Source: Kiritimatiellia bacterium (lineage in GTDB: Bacteria > Verrucomicrobiota > Kiritimatiellia > RFP12 > JBMNHG01). Taken from it: a DNA stretch of 64,000 bases. A program made the position numbers and the translations under genes. Location: positions 374,296 through 438,295 of the forward strand of contig JBMNHG010000002.1 in the NCBI GenBank assembly GCA_050950285.1, in the 5' to 3' direction. Under the pieces are notes generated by a model. The model did not search any database, was not told the origin of the DNA, and saw only the letters and a program-made list of their open reading frames with translations. The first letter of the stretch is position 1. Each line of letters starts with the position of its first letter. Of the stretch, positions 9,533 to 20,048 are shown piece after piece.

Positions 9533-10504
9533 ATGCCATCCGCCGGCCCAACCCAAGTCCGCGAACCCCGCCCTGCGTGGATCCTCGCAGGATGCACCGC
9601 CACCGGGAAAAGCGCCCTCGCACAGCGGATCGCGGAAGCCACGGGCGCGGCCATCGTGTCGGCCGATTCGATGCTCGTCTATCGCGGCATGGACATCGGA
9701 ACCGCCAAACCCACGCCTGCCGAACGCGGCGGCGTCCCCTATCTGGGCATCGACCTCGCCACGCCGGCGGAACCCTTCAGCGCAGGGGCCTGGCTCAAGG
9801 CCGTCCGCCGCCAGCTCGACGCCCTTCCCCCGCCCTCTCCGGACGACTCCCGGCTCCCGGGCCATGGGCTCGTCGTCGTGGGCGGCACCGGACTCTACCT
9901 TCGCGCCCTCCTCCGCGGCCTCGACAGCCCGCCTTCGGACGCGGCGAGCCGCAGCGCCTGGCAGTCCTGCTTCGCGGAAGGGGGAGTCCCCGCGCTGCAA
10001 GCGGCCCTCCGCTCCCAAGCCCCGGAGGCCTTGGAAGCCCTTTCCGGATCGGACCGCATCAACCCCCGGCGGCTCATCCGCGCGCTGGAGAAGCAGGAGG
10101 CCGCAGCCACGCCCGCCGCCCGAGGGAAACCGCAGCCGACCATCCGCCCCTGCGGGATCGTCACCCTGTCGATCCCCACCGTCCTCCTCAACGAACGCAT
10201 CGCCGGCCGGATCGCGGCCATGTTCGACGAAGGGCTCCCCGAGGAGGTCGCCCGGCTTCGCGCCGCCTATCCCACGTGGTCCAGCACCGCCGCCGCCGCC
10301 ATCGGCTACGCGGAAGTCGCCGCCATGCTGGACGGCGCCATCACCCGGGACGAGGCGATGCGGCGGATCGCCACCCGCACCCGCCGCCTCGCGAAACGCC
10401 AGCGCACGTGGTTCCGCCACCAGCTCGAATCCGTCCCGGTCGATGCATCCAGCCACGACGTCGCCGCCCTGGAGCAGGCCGTCCTGGCGGCCTTCTCCCG
10501 CTGA
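9533..10504 (+). CDS. miaA: tRNA dimethylallyltransferase
   Basis: GCTATGKS, SADSMLVYRGMDIGTAKP, VGGTGLY and AKRQRTWF motifs. Confidence 0.95.
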   Translation: MPSAGPTQVREPRPAWILAGCTATGKSALAQRIAEATGAAIVSADSMLVYRGMDIGTAKPTPAERGGVPYLGIDLATPAEPFSAGAWLKAVRRQLDALPPPSPDDSRLPGHGLVVVGGTGLYLRALLRGLDSPPSDAASRSAWQSCFAEGGVPALQAALRSQAPEALEALSGSDRINPRRLIRALEKQEAAATPAARGKPQPTIRPCGIVTLSIPTVLLNERIAGRIAAMFDEGLPEEVARLRAAYPTWSSTAAAAIGYAEVAAMLDGAITRDEAMRRIATRTRRLAKRQRTWFRHQLESVPVDASSHDVAALEQAVLAAFSR

Positions 10505-10560
10505 AACCACGCCCGCCGGACCGGCACGCGGCGCGGCGGCCCGATGTAGGCGGCCCGATG

Positions 10561-10589
10561 TTGCGCCGCGCCGGCGAAGGTGATACGAT
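10561..10589 (+). promoter_or_regulatory. Sigma70-like promoter upstream of cobO
   Basis: TTGCGC-17 nt-TACGAT with extended TG. Confidence 0.5.
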
Positions 10590-10638
10590 ATCCACAACCA
10601 AGAACGGCGGGCGGCCCGTCTTCTCGTGGAATCGTGGA

Positions 10639-11172
10639 ATGATGAATCCGGCGAACAATCGCATCGTGGTCCTGACCGGCGACGGCAAGGGGAAGACCTC
10701 CTCCGCGCTGGGCATGGCGCTTCGCGCCGCCGGACACGGCATGAAGGTGGCCTTCGTCCAGTTCCTCAAGGCCCGCGCCGACGTGGGCGAAGTCGCCGCC
10801 CTGGCGCGATTCCCCGAAATCGACCTCGTGCAGACGGGCTGCGGCTTCGTGCCGCCCGCATCCTCGCCCGGCTTCGCCCGTCACCGCGCCGCCGCGGAAG
10901 CCGGGCTCGCACGGGTTCGCGAACGTCTCGCTTCCGGCGGCTTCGACATGGTGGTGCTGGACGAAGTCTGCGGGGCGGTCTCGCTCGGCCTCCTCGCCGA
11001 ATCCGCCGTGCTGGAGACGCTCGACCAGGCCCGCCCCGGCGTCATCCTCGTCCTGACCGGGAGGGACGCCACCCCCGGATTGATGGCGCGGGCGGACACC
11101 GTCAGCCGCATCGACGCCGTGAAACACGCCTACGAAACCGGATGGCCCGCGCAAGCGGGCGTGGAATTCTGA
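10639..11172 (+). CDS. cobO: Cob(I)alamin adenosyltransferase (CobA/CobO/BtuR)
   Basis: TGDGKGKTSSALG, VQFLK, VVLDE, LTGR, KH and C-terminal GVEF motifs. Confidence 0.92.
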   Translation: MMNPANNRIVVLTGDGKGKTSSALGMALRAAGHGMKVAFVQFLKARADVGEVAALARFPEIDLVQTGCGFVPPASSPGFARHRAAAEAGLARVRERLASGGFDMVVLDEVCGAVSLGLLAESAVLETLDQARPGVILVLTGRDATPGLMARADTVSRIDAVKHAYETGWPAQAGVEF

Positions 11173-11185
11173 AGACCACCCCCGT

Positions 11186-12037
11186 ATGGACACGCACCCC
11201 GCACAATCGGAAAAGACGGTCGCCACGAGGGCCGCATCGCACGCCGAACCCGAAACGACGCCCGTCTGGGCGCCCGGCACGGGCGGCCCGGCGGCGGAGA
11301 CGGTGACGCTCGCCTGGCACCCCGCCGGGCGCCCCTGCGGAACGGCGGCGGTGATCTGTCCCGGCGGCGGCTACGGCGGGCTCTGCTCCTCCTACGAAGG
11401 CCACGACATCGCCCGCTGGTTGAACGGAATGGGCATCACGGGCGTGGTGCTCGAATACCGCTGCGCGCCGCACCGCCACCCGCTTCCGCTCGAAGACGCA
11501 AAGCGCGCCATGCGGCTCGTGCGGCGCGCCGCTCCGGAGAAGGGGCTGGACCCGCATCGCATCGGCATCGTCGGCTTCTCCGCAGGCGGACACCTCGCCA
11601 GCACGCTCGCCACCCACTTCGACCCCGGCAACCCCGCCGCTCCCCAAGGCACCGTGGAAGGCGTCTCGTGCCGGCCCGACTTCCAAATCCTCGTATACCC
11701 GGTGATCTCCCTCCTCGGCTTCTCCCACGGCGGTTCGCGCGACAACCTCCTCGGGCCCGTCCAAACCGGGGAGATGCTGCGCTTCCTCTCGAACGAACGG
11801 CAGGTCACGATCGACACCCCGCCCGCCTTCGTGGCCCATTCCGCGACGGACCAACTCGTCCCCGTCGAAAACAGCCGCGCCTACGTGGCGGCGCTCCAGG
11901 CCGCAGGCGTCGCGGTCGCCTACCACGAACTGGCCGAAGGCGCCCATGGCCTCGGCTGCGGCAGCGGCCCCCAGTGGGCCGAATGGCAGGAAAAATGCGA
12001 GGCGTGGCTCAAAGCCGCAAATCTCGCCGCCCCATGA
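11186..12037 (+). CDS. Alpha/beta hydrolase (carbohydrate esterase-like)
   Basis: VICPGGGY, GFSAGGH, RPDF..LVYPVI, D..V and HG motifs. Confidence 0.85.
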   Translation: MDTHPAQSEKTVATRAASHAEPETTPVWAPGTGGPAAETVTLAWHPAGRPCGTAAVICPGGGYGGLCSSYEGHDIARWLNGMGITGVVLEYRCAPHRHPLPLEDAKRAMRLVRRAAPEKGLDPHRIGIVGFSAGGHLASTLATHFDPGNPAAPQGTVEGVSCRPDFQILVYPVISLLGFSHGGSRDNLLGPVQTGEMLRFLSNERQVTIDTPPAFVAHSATDQLVPVENSRAYVAALQAAGVAVAYHELAEGAHGLGCGSGPQWAEWQEKCEAWLKAANLAAP

Positions 12038-12109
12038 CGTCCCCCGTTGGATTCCCCATCCCCCTCTACCTCCTCCACCTCCACCTCCACTCCATCCAGG
12101 ACACCGCCG

Positions 12110-15034
12110 ATGAACCTTCCCCAGCTCGAACAACGACACGCCATCGCCAAGGCGAGGCACGATCTCCTCTGGTCGCGCATCCGATCGCAAATCGCCTTCG
12201 CCGAATTCGTCGCGGAGGGCAAAGGGAAAGCCGCCCCTGAAAATTGGGCCCCCGCCATTGCCGCGGCAAAAGACTTCGCCGCCAAGGCCGTGGAAACCAC
12301 CTTCCTCGAAAGGGCATGCGCCGCGGTCGAGACGGCCCTCGAACCCCTCGCCCCCGCCGCCAAGGCCTACCGCGTCCACCTCGTGGGACACGCCCACATC
12401 GACATGAACTGGATGTGGTCCTGGCCCGAGACCGTCTCCGTCGTGGTGGACACCTTCTCCACCGTGCTCGACCTGCTCGAGGAGTTCCCCGGCTTCCACT
12501 TCTCGCAGAGCCAGGCAAGCGTCTACGCCATCGTCGAAAAGTTCCGTCCCGACCTCCTCGGACGCATCGCGAAGTACGTCGCCGAAGGCCGCTGGGAGAT
12601 CACCGCAAGCCACTGGGTGGAGTGCGACAAGAACATGACCGGCGGCGAAGCCCTCGCGCGCCACATCCTCTACACGCGCCGCTACCTCTCCAAGCTCTTC
12701 GGCGACGCCTTCCCCAAGGACGGCATCGACATCGACTGGGCGCCCGACACCTTCGGCCACTCCGCGCAGGTGCCCGCCTACCTCCGCCGCTCCGGCATAC
12801 GGTACCTCTACCTCCACCGCCCCGGAACCTGGAAACAGCCCGTCCCCGAACTCTTCCGGTGGGAGGGGCCCGACGGTTCGCGCGTCCTCGTCCGCAACGA
12901 CATGAAGCGCGGCTACGGCTGCGTGCTCGACCCCGGCACCATGCTGGAGATCACCCGCTCCGTGCGCGACAGCGTCGGCCTCGACGAGTCGATGGTCGTC
13001 TACGGCGTGGGCGACCACGGCGGCGGCCCGACCCGCCGCGACCTGCTCTTCGCCCTCGAAATGCAGTCCTGGCCCATCTTCCCCACCCTCCGGTTCAGCA
13101 CGGCCAAGGCCTTCTTCGACGCCGTGGCCCCGAAGGCGGAATCCCTCCCGCTCCTGTGCGGCGAGCTGAACACCGAATTCACCGGCTGCTATACCTCGCA
13201 GTCGCTCGTGAAGCGCTCCATCCGCCTCGCCGAGGCCCGCATGAAGGACGCCGAGTTCGCCACCTCCCTCGCCACCCTCGCCGGCGGACCCGCCTACCCC
13301 GCCGCCGACTTCGAGGAGCAGTGGCGGAACATCCTCTTCCTGCACTTCCACGACATCCTCCCCGGCTCCTGCGTGCCCGATACGCGCACCCACGCCCACG
13401 GCCTCTTCCAAAACGCCATGGCCTTCAGCTCCTCCGCGGAGACCCGCGCCCTGCGCTACCTCGCGGGCCGCGTGGATACCGCATCCATCCCCGGAGCATC
13501 CGAGCCCGACGTCGAGTTCCCCGTGAACGCGATGCTCAGCGGCCAGTCCGCCGGCGCCGGCATCCGCGCCGCGGAAGGCGCCGTCAGCGACTACCACGGC
13601 CACGGCGGCGTCTCGTCCAAACGCCCGTTCGTCCTCTTCAACCCCACCGCCCGCGACCGCCGCGAGGTGGTCGAACTCACCGTGTGGGACCGCGAGCACT
13701 GGCAGTGCCCCATGCGCATGCACGACCTCGCCTTCGAAGCCGTCCTCCCCGACGGCTCCGTGAAGGCCCTCCAGGTCCTCTCCAAAGGCAGCGAATGGGG
13801 CCACTCCAACGTGCGCCTCCTCCTCCCCGTGGACATACCCGCCTTCGGCTACGCCTCGGTGCTGGTGCGCGAAGCCGCACCCGGCGCCGAGCCCGCCGCC
13901 TGCGCCGTGCCCGAAAAGGAGCGCGTCCAGTCGGCCCGACTCACCCACCACTGCCCCTACTCCATCGCCGAACGCAGCCCCATGGGCATGGAAAACGGCC
14001 TCGTGCGCGTGACCTTCGACCGCACCACCGGCCGCATCTCCTCCTTCTTCGACAAGCGCGCCAACCGCGAGCTCATCGACCCCGCCTCCAACGGCGCCGG
14101 GCTCGAGTACTCCGTCGAACGCCCGCACGGCATGACCGCCTGGCTCGTGGACAGCTCGAACCCGCCCGAATCGCCCCGCCTCACGTCGATGCGCGAGCTC
14201 CGCGGCGGCCCCTACGCCGCCGCCGTCGAATGCGTCTACCAGGCCGCCGAATCCTCCTTCACCGTCACCAGTTCGCTCGCCGCCGGCGACGACAAGGTCC
14301 GCATGAGGCTCGACGCCATCTGGATGCAGCGCGGCACCCCCGAAACGGGCATCCCCAACCTCCGCTTCGCGATCCCCCTCGCCCTCACCGGCGCGGTCGG
14401 CTCCTACGAAATCCCCTTCGGATCGGCCGCCCGCCCGAGGCTGCGCCCCGACGAAGAGGTCCCCGCCATGCGCTGGGCCCACGTGGGCGGCAGGGAGGGC
14501 GGATGCCTGCTCCTCAACGAGTGCAGCCACGGCCACGCCCTCGAAGGATCGACGCTCCGCCTCAACCTCCTCCGTGCCTCCTACGACCCGGACGCCCTCC
14601 CGGAACTCGGCCGGCACACCTTCGGCTTCGCCATCGCACCCGCCCCCTCCACCTGCGACGGCGATGCCTTCGCCGCGATCGCCGACGCCTACGCCCACCC
14701 GATCCTTCCCATCGGGACGCCCGTCCACGGCGGCGACCTCCCCCTCTCCGCCTCGCTCGTGAAGATCCAGGGCGAAGCCGCCTTCGCCGTCTCCGGACTC
14801 AAACTGGCCGAAGACGGCTCCAGCCTGATCCTCCGCCTCTTCGAGACGGACGGACAGGGCGGCACCCTCGGCGTGAAGATCGACCCCGTCCTCGGCCGGC
14901 TCGCCGGCGCCGAAGCCGTCGACCTCCACGAGCAGCCCTGCGACAGCAAGTGCGTGACCTGCTCCGGCGACACCGTCCGGATCACGCTCAAACCCTGCGA
15001 CATCGTCACCGTCCGCCTCTCGCTGAAAAAGTAA
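12110..15034 (+). CDS. Alpha-mannosidase, GH38
   Basis: GHAHIDMNWMW, WAPDTFGH, YGVGDHGGGPT, GCYTSQ, FHDILPGS and YEIPFG motifs. Confidence 0.93.
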   Translation: MNLPQLEQRHAIAKARHDLLWSRIRSQIAFAEFVAEGKGKAAPENWAPAIAAAKDFAAKAVETTFLERACAAVETALEPLAPAAKAYRVHLVGHAHIDMNWMWSWPETVSVVVDTFSTVLDLLEEFPGFHFSQSQASVYAIVEKFRPDLLGRIAKYVAEGRWEITASHWVECDKNMTGGEALARHILYTRRYLSKLFGDAFPKDGIDIDWAPDTFGHSAQVPAYLRRSGIRYLYLHRPGTWKQPVPELFRWEGPDGSRVLVRNDMKRGYGCVLDPGTMLEITRSVRDSVGLDESMVVYGVGDHGGGPTRRDLLFALEMQSWPIFPTLRFSTAKAFFDAVAPKAESLPLLCGELNTEFTGCYTSQSLVKRSIRLAEARMKDAEFATSLATLAGGPAYPAADFEEQWRNILFLHFHDILPGSCVPDTRTHAHGLFQNAMAFSSSAETRALRYLAGRVDTASIPGASEPDVEFPVNAMLSGQSAGAGIRAAEGAVSDYHGHGGVSSKRPFVLFNPTARDRREVVELTVWDREHWQCPMRMHDLAFEAVLPDGSVKALQVLSKGSEWGHSNVRLLLPVDIPAFGYASVLVREAAPGAEPAACAVPEKERVQSARLTHHCPYSIAERSPMGMENGLVRVTFDRTTGRISSFFDKRANRELIDPASNGAGLEYSVERPHGMTAWLVDSSNPPESPRLTSMRELRGGPYAAAVECVYQAAESSFTVTSSLAAGDDKVRMRLDAIWMQRGTPETGIPNLRFAIPLALTGAVGSYEIPFGSAARPRLRPDEEVPAMRWAHVGGREGGCLLLNECSHGHALEGSTLRLNLLRASYDPDALPELGRHTFGFAIAPAPSTCDGDAFAAIADAYAHPILPIGTPVHGGDLPLSASLVKIQGEAAFAVSGLKLAEDGSSLILRLFETDGQGGTLGVKIDPVLGRLAGAEAVDLHEQPCDSKCVTCSGDTVRITLKPCDIVTVRLSLKK

Positions 15035-15105
15035 CGCGGCACCGCGCGCAAAAACGGCGCGCCGCGATTTTCGCCACCATCTTCGTCTTCGTCTGCCGGG
15101 GGACA

Positions 15106-16508
15106 TCACGGCGCCGCCGGGCTGACGACGGTTACCACCCACCAGGGGCCGCGGGTTTGTCCGGCAAGGGCCGCCCAGAACCAGGATGAGACATCGGGCC
15201 AGGTCTTTCCGGTTTCGTCGTGGCAACGCTCGCGGATCCACAGGGTGGTTCCGTCGTGCGTCGCCGTGAAGGCCGACCAGTCGCCGTCCGGCGCAGCCGC
15301 CAGCGCCCCGTATGTGATCCGATGGCCGGAGGACTGGAGACAGTCGGCCGCCGAGTGGACGCGGTGCGTGGGGTGGCATACCCAGCGCAGGATCACAACC
15401 CGTTCGCCGTTGGCGAACCGGGCGATCCGGCCGGGGAAGGCCGTGTTGAATGCCGCCTCTTGCTCCGTCAAAGGCGTTTCCTGCAAGGGCAGGCCCTCGA
15501 AACGGGTCGGCCAGCCTGGAAAGGGTTCCGCCTCCGGAACCGATGGCGGCTGGCGTTCCACGCCCATGGCCGCCGCGCAGAGGGAGGCAAGCAGATAGGC
15601 GGCGAAGGCGTGCCGCGTACGGCGCCGGTCCTCGCGGCCCCGCCCCGTCCGACGCCTTGCCGCCGGCGTCCGGCGCTGCCGCGGGCGCCAGTCCCGGCAG
15701 ACGGGCGAGCCAACGGATGCCGGCGACCACCGCGACCGCCCCGCCCGCGAACAGCATGCCGCCCAGCGCAAGGTGGAAACCCGGCCCCGAAGGCAGCAGG
15801 CCGCCCTCGACCAGCGTCAGGCCCACCACGCGCAGGGCGTTGGCCAGAATGACGATCGCCACCGTCAGCAGGCCGGCCGCCACGGTGCCGCCCCACCCCA
15901 TCCCCACCACTCCGCAAACCGTCATGCCGAGCCAGACGCCGCTCCACAACATGCGGACGCCGCTACATGGGGCGTCGACCCAAACCGTGGCGCCCCGCCA
16001 CGCCAGCATCGCGCCGGTGCGCGTCACGGGGAGGCCGGTCGCCGACAGCAGTCCCGCGGCCAGCGCGGACGCCACCAGGCGCAAGGGGTAGCCGAAGAAG
16101 AGTTCGACCATCATCATCGCCGGCAGCGCCAGCAGGAGCATCGCCACGACGGCCGGATCGGGCCATCGCCCGCGCCGCCAGGGGCCGGGCGCCAGCAGAG
16201 CGGCGGCCAGCGCCGCCACGCCGGCCACCGTTTGCGGCAGCCGCCGTGCGGTCGCGCCGTAAACCAGCATCGCGAGGGCCGCCCGCCACCAGCAACCGGC
16301 CTCGTCGCCGGCGGACGACAGGCCCCGCACGGGCGGCACGACCGCGCCACACCAGCCAGAGGGCCGTTCCGGTGGCCAGCAGGACGGAACCCAGCTCCTG
16401 GGGCGTGGCGGCACGCCGCAAGAGATGGTGCAGAAAGGGCCGGCAGGCCGCGCACCATCCGGCCGCCGCCAGTACGCCGGCCGCCCGTCTGGCGGTCACG
16501 GCTCTCAT
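15106..16508 (-). CDS. Exosortase-family transpeptidase with a C-terminal soluble domain; two +1 frameshifts (~16340 and ~15620)
   Basis: VDAPCSG (catalytic Cys), ANALR (Arg) and FH..LGG (His) in TM segments; C-terminal FPGWPTRFEG...FPGRIARF...HSAADCL; start overlaps the upstream stop codon (ATGA). Confidence 0.8.
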
Positions 16509-18876
16509 GCGCCGCGGGAGGTGCGCCGCTCGCGCAGCCGCCAGGCCGCCAGAACCGCCAGCGCGAGCAGGATCGAAATCCAGAACGACGGCTCGGGAAC
16601 CGTCGGCACGCTCGACGCCTCTACCGGCTCCAGTCCGGCTTCCTGGTATTGCTGCTGCGTCTCGAGCACCACCGCGCTTGAAACGGGCGTGACCAGATGC
16701 CAGGCCAACGCCAGCCGACGGGCCTCTTCGCGTTGTACCGCATCGCCCGAGACCAGCCGCCGCCGCACCTCTTCGACCGTCCATTGGCGCACCAGATGTT
16801 CGCCGGCCTCGCGCATCCCGGCCACATCCGCCTCCTCGGCGCGGGAGCGGACGATCTGCCATTCGGACGCCCCCTCGACCCAGCTTCCGGCCAGCCGGCG
16901 CAGGGGCGCGCCCGCGTCGGCCAGCGCCTCGTTCGGCGCCAGCGTCCGGATGCCGCGCACGCCGTCGAGCGCCTCGCTGATGCGGCATGTGCCGGGGACG
17001 ACCTGCACGGCATAGAAGCGGATGTCGCGCGTGGAACGCTCCAGCCGCCGGCCGAGGGAATCGGCGGAGGCGAGCGGATAGGGCTGCGGCCCATGCACCC
17101 AGACGAGCGCGGCCGGCCGCGGATCGCCGGCAAGGTCGTCCCAGGCCGCCTGAAGCGCGCGCAGGTTGCAACGGCCGCCTTGGCAGGCATCGGGATCGAG
17201 CGCCCGCGCGAGCCGCTTCCTGGCGGCCTCGTCCGCCGGGGCGGCGAAGACGATCGGCGGGGCGGGCCGGAGGGTGTCGCCGGCCGTCCAGAGACGCACC
17301 TCGATCCCGTCGGGGAGTTCCGCCAGCGCGGCGCTCGCGGACGCGATCGCCTGGCGCATGGACCGGGAGTCGTCCACGACAACCGCGACGCGTTCCGGAC
17401 GCCATGCAGGCCCGAGGGTGGCGGTCTGGCGGACGATGGCGGGGGGATCGGCGCGCGAATCGCGGGCCCAGCAGGCCTCGGCCAGCGGAGGATCCAGCGG
17501 CAGAATCTGCGTCTCTGGCAGCTCGAGCGTCGCGCGCGGCATGTGGAAGTTGCGTTCGATGATGGCCGGTGCATCCAGGCGCCCCGAGGCTCCGTCGTCC
17601 GCCACGACCAGCGGCACGGTGAAGCCGATGCGCACCTTCATTTCCCCTCCGTCGGGTGGAACCGGGTAGCACTGCATCTGGATGCGGTCCGGCCCGCAGG
17701 TGCCCACGAGCACCGGGTCGCGCCGGCGCCGTACGACGCTCTCGTAGGCCTGCCGCACCTGGCTGCGCCCGCCGAAGGCCGCTTCGCGTTCCTCGCCGTC
17801 GATCCACAGCGTCAGGCGCGAGACCACCGCGCCCGGCGGCAGGGCGATCCGCGCGCCGCGCCTCGCGTTCGAGGCCATGCGTGTTGCGGAAGACCAGGGT
17901 CCACTCCGCATAGGCCAGGCCTGCGGCGGCATCGGCACGCGCCTCGTAACGCGAGCCGTAGAGAGAAAGCCCGCGCAGGAGGCCTCCGACGCGGGTGCCG
18001 CCCTGGTCGTCGTCCCATTCGAACACCTCGGCGAAGCGGTCGCTCCGAAAACGCGAGCGGCGGCCGATGCGGCTGCGGGCAAGCGTGGCATCCTCGCCCG
18101 TCACCCGGTAGAAGAGGGTGCGGGCCTGTTCGATCAGGAGGCTCTCGCGGTCGGGGATCAGCAGCCGCTGGAGGTCCGGAGGACCGTAGTGCCATTCGCA
18201 GGTCTTCAGGAGCACGTCTTCCCGGCCCGCGCGCCGGAGCAGTTCCAGTCCGCGCACCTGCGTTGCCTCGTCCTCGCTGATGGCGAGATGCAGGCCAAGC
18301 GCCGTGATCATGCCCGGAGCGCTCAGGATCACCATCCCCAGCAGGGCGGCCAGCCAGCCAAACCCCATGCCGCGCAGCCGCCTGCCGTCCTGGTCGCCGC
18401 GGGCCCGCAGCAGCCTGTGCCGCAGGAAAAAACCCGCCGATGAAGGCCAGGACCGGCGCCATCGGAAGGATCCCGAGCAGGCCGAATCCGAAATACCACC
18501 AGCCCATGACAAGAACGATTGTGCCCAACACCGCAACGGGCAGCATCAGCAGGGTGAAGTAGGCCGAGAGGCCTTGAGCCAGCCCGGCAAGAAAGGCCGC
18601 GGGCCAGATCAAACGGCGTGCCGCGAAGCGCGCCACCAGCCAGGCGGCCAGATAGCCGACCGGCACGGCGGCGACGGCGGCCAGATGCCAGGCATCGGGC
18701 AGCGGATCCATGAAGATCTCCGCGCACAGGCCCGTCCAAAGCTCGATCGCCAGCGCCAGGGCCGGCAGGCAGACCGTGAAGAACAACAGCAGCCAGCCTC
18801 CCGCGGTAATCCGGTGAAAGGCCCGCGACAGCCATGATTTCTTCTTCGGCGTCGGTACAGTGGTTTGCTCGTCCAT
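16505..18876 (-). CDS. Membrane protein with VIT and vWA-like domains and a C-terminal PEP-CTERM signal; two +1 frameshifts (~18430 and ~17856)
   Basis: N-terminal TM helices; AYAEWTLVF..EAR..IALPPGAVVSRLTLWIDGEEREAAF (VIT); VVVDDSRSM; LVTPVSSAVVLE; ends VPEPSFWISILLALAVLAAWRLRERR. Confidence 0.8.
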
Positions 18877-18941
18877 GGGTAGTCCTCCCTGTCGGGTTAC
18901 ACGCTCGCTGCCATCTTGTCTGGAAACCGTTGCCGCACACC

Positions 18942-19829
18942 TCAGCCGGCAAAACCCGCGATCGCCGTGGCCATCCGCACGGCCGCGACGGATGCGCGGA
19001 CGTCGTGGACGCGAAGGATCGCCGCACCGTGCCAGATGCACCAGACCATGGCGGTCAGGCTGCCGGGCAAGCGTTCGTCCACGGGCGCGCCGATGATCTC
19101 GCCGATGAAGCGCTTGCGGGAGAGACCCATCAGCAGTGGCGGCCCCATCTCCGCGAAGCGGCGCAGGGCGCCAAGAAGCTCCAGGTTGTGCCCGGTGGTC
19201 TTGCCGAAGCCGATGCCCGGGTCGATCGTCAGCGTATCAAGCGCAATGCCGTCGGCAACCACCTCGTCCACGCGTTGCCGCAGCCAGTCGTACACCTCGC
19301 CGACCACGTCCGTATAGACCGGCTCCTGCTGCATGGTGCGCGGCTCGCCCTGCATGTGCATGATGACGGACCCCGCGCCGGCATCGCGCACCACGGCGCG
19401 CATTTCGGGGTCGCCGAGCCCGGTGATGTCGTTGACGATCACGGCGCCCGCTTCCAGTGCCGCGCGGGCGACCGCGGCGTTGCGTGTGTCGATGGAGATC
19501 GGCGTCGGGGTCTGTTTGGCAAGGCCGCGGATCACGTCGACCACGCGCGCGATTTCCTCGTCCACCGGAACCGGAGCAGCTCCGGGATGCGTTGATTCGC
19601 CCCCGATGTCCAGGATATCCGCCCCCTCCTCGACCAGTTGCAGTCCGTAGGCGATGGCCTCCCGCGGCGTCCGGTGCCGCCCGCCATCCGAGAAGGAGTT
19701 GGGGGTGACGTTGAGAATGCCCATGACGAGCGGGCGCGACAGCGGCAGCGTTACCTCGCAGCAGCGCCAGCAGAGTGCCGCCGCTCCATCGGCGGAGGGT
19801 GTGCTATCGGAGGTGTTTGGCTTGTCCAT
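18942..19829 (-). CDS. folP: Dihydropteroate synthase
   Basis: MGILNVTPNSFSDGG, DIGGEST, DPGIGFGK, GLSRKRF and LRVHDV motifs. Confidence 0.95.
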   Translation of the reverse strand: MDKPNTSDSTPSADGAAALCWRCCEVTLPLSRPLVMGILNVTPNSFSDGGRHRTPREAIAYGLQLVEEGADILDIGGESTHPGAAPVPVDEEIARVVDVIRGLAKQTPTPISIDTRNAAVARAALEAGAVIVNDITGLGDPEMRAVVRDAGAGSVIMHMQGEPRTMQQEPVYTDVVGEVYDWLRQRVDEVVADGIALDTLTIDPGIGFGKTTGHNLELLGALRRFAEMGPPLLMGLSRKRFIGEIIGAPVDERLPGSLTAMVWCIWHGAAILRVHDVRASVAAVRMATAIAGFAG

Positions 19830-20013
19830 ACGTCGTCGCTCGCGTCCCATGGAAATTCCGGAACCGTTTCGGCATTCTGCCGTTGGGGGCGATCGTCCCC
19901 GCCTTGGGGGAACACATCGGCTCCGCAGCTTGAAACGGCAGTATACACCACACGGCGGCAGATCGTCCAACGAATTGACGTTTTGCATAAAATGCCCTTC
20001 ACCTAACCGTCGC

Positions 20014-20042
20014 TTGACATTCAGGCGTGGATTTGCCACGAT
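20014..20042 (+). promoter_or_regulatory. Sigma70-like promoter of hflX (probably leaderless)
   Basis: TTGACA-17 nt-CACGAT, then 6 nt to the ATG at 20049. Confidence 0.55.
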
Positions 20043-20048
20043 TTCGGC

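Noticed and set aside
10505..10638. Cobalamin riboswitch upstream of cobO
   Set aside because: No B12-box-like sequence was recognised, and the putative promoter leaves too short a leader.
11102..15600. Most of the 1770-aa minus-strand ORF 11102..16414
   Set aside because: Only ~15620-16340 encodes the exosortase core; the rest is out-of-frame readthrough and antisense to GH38 and the esterase.
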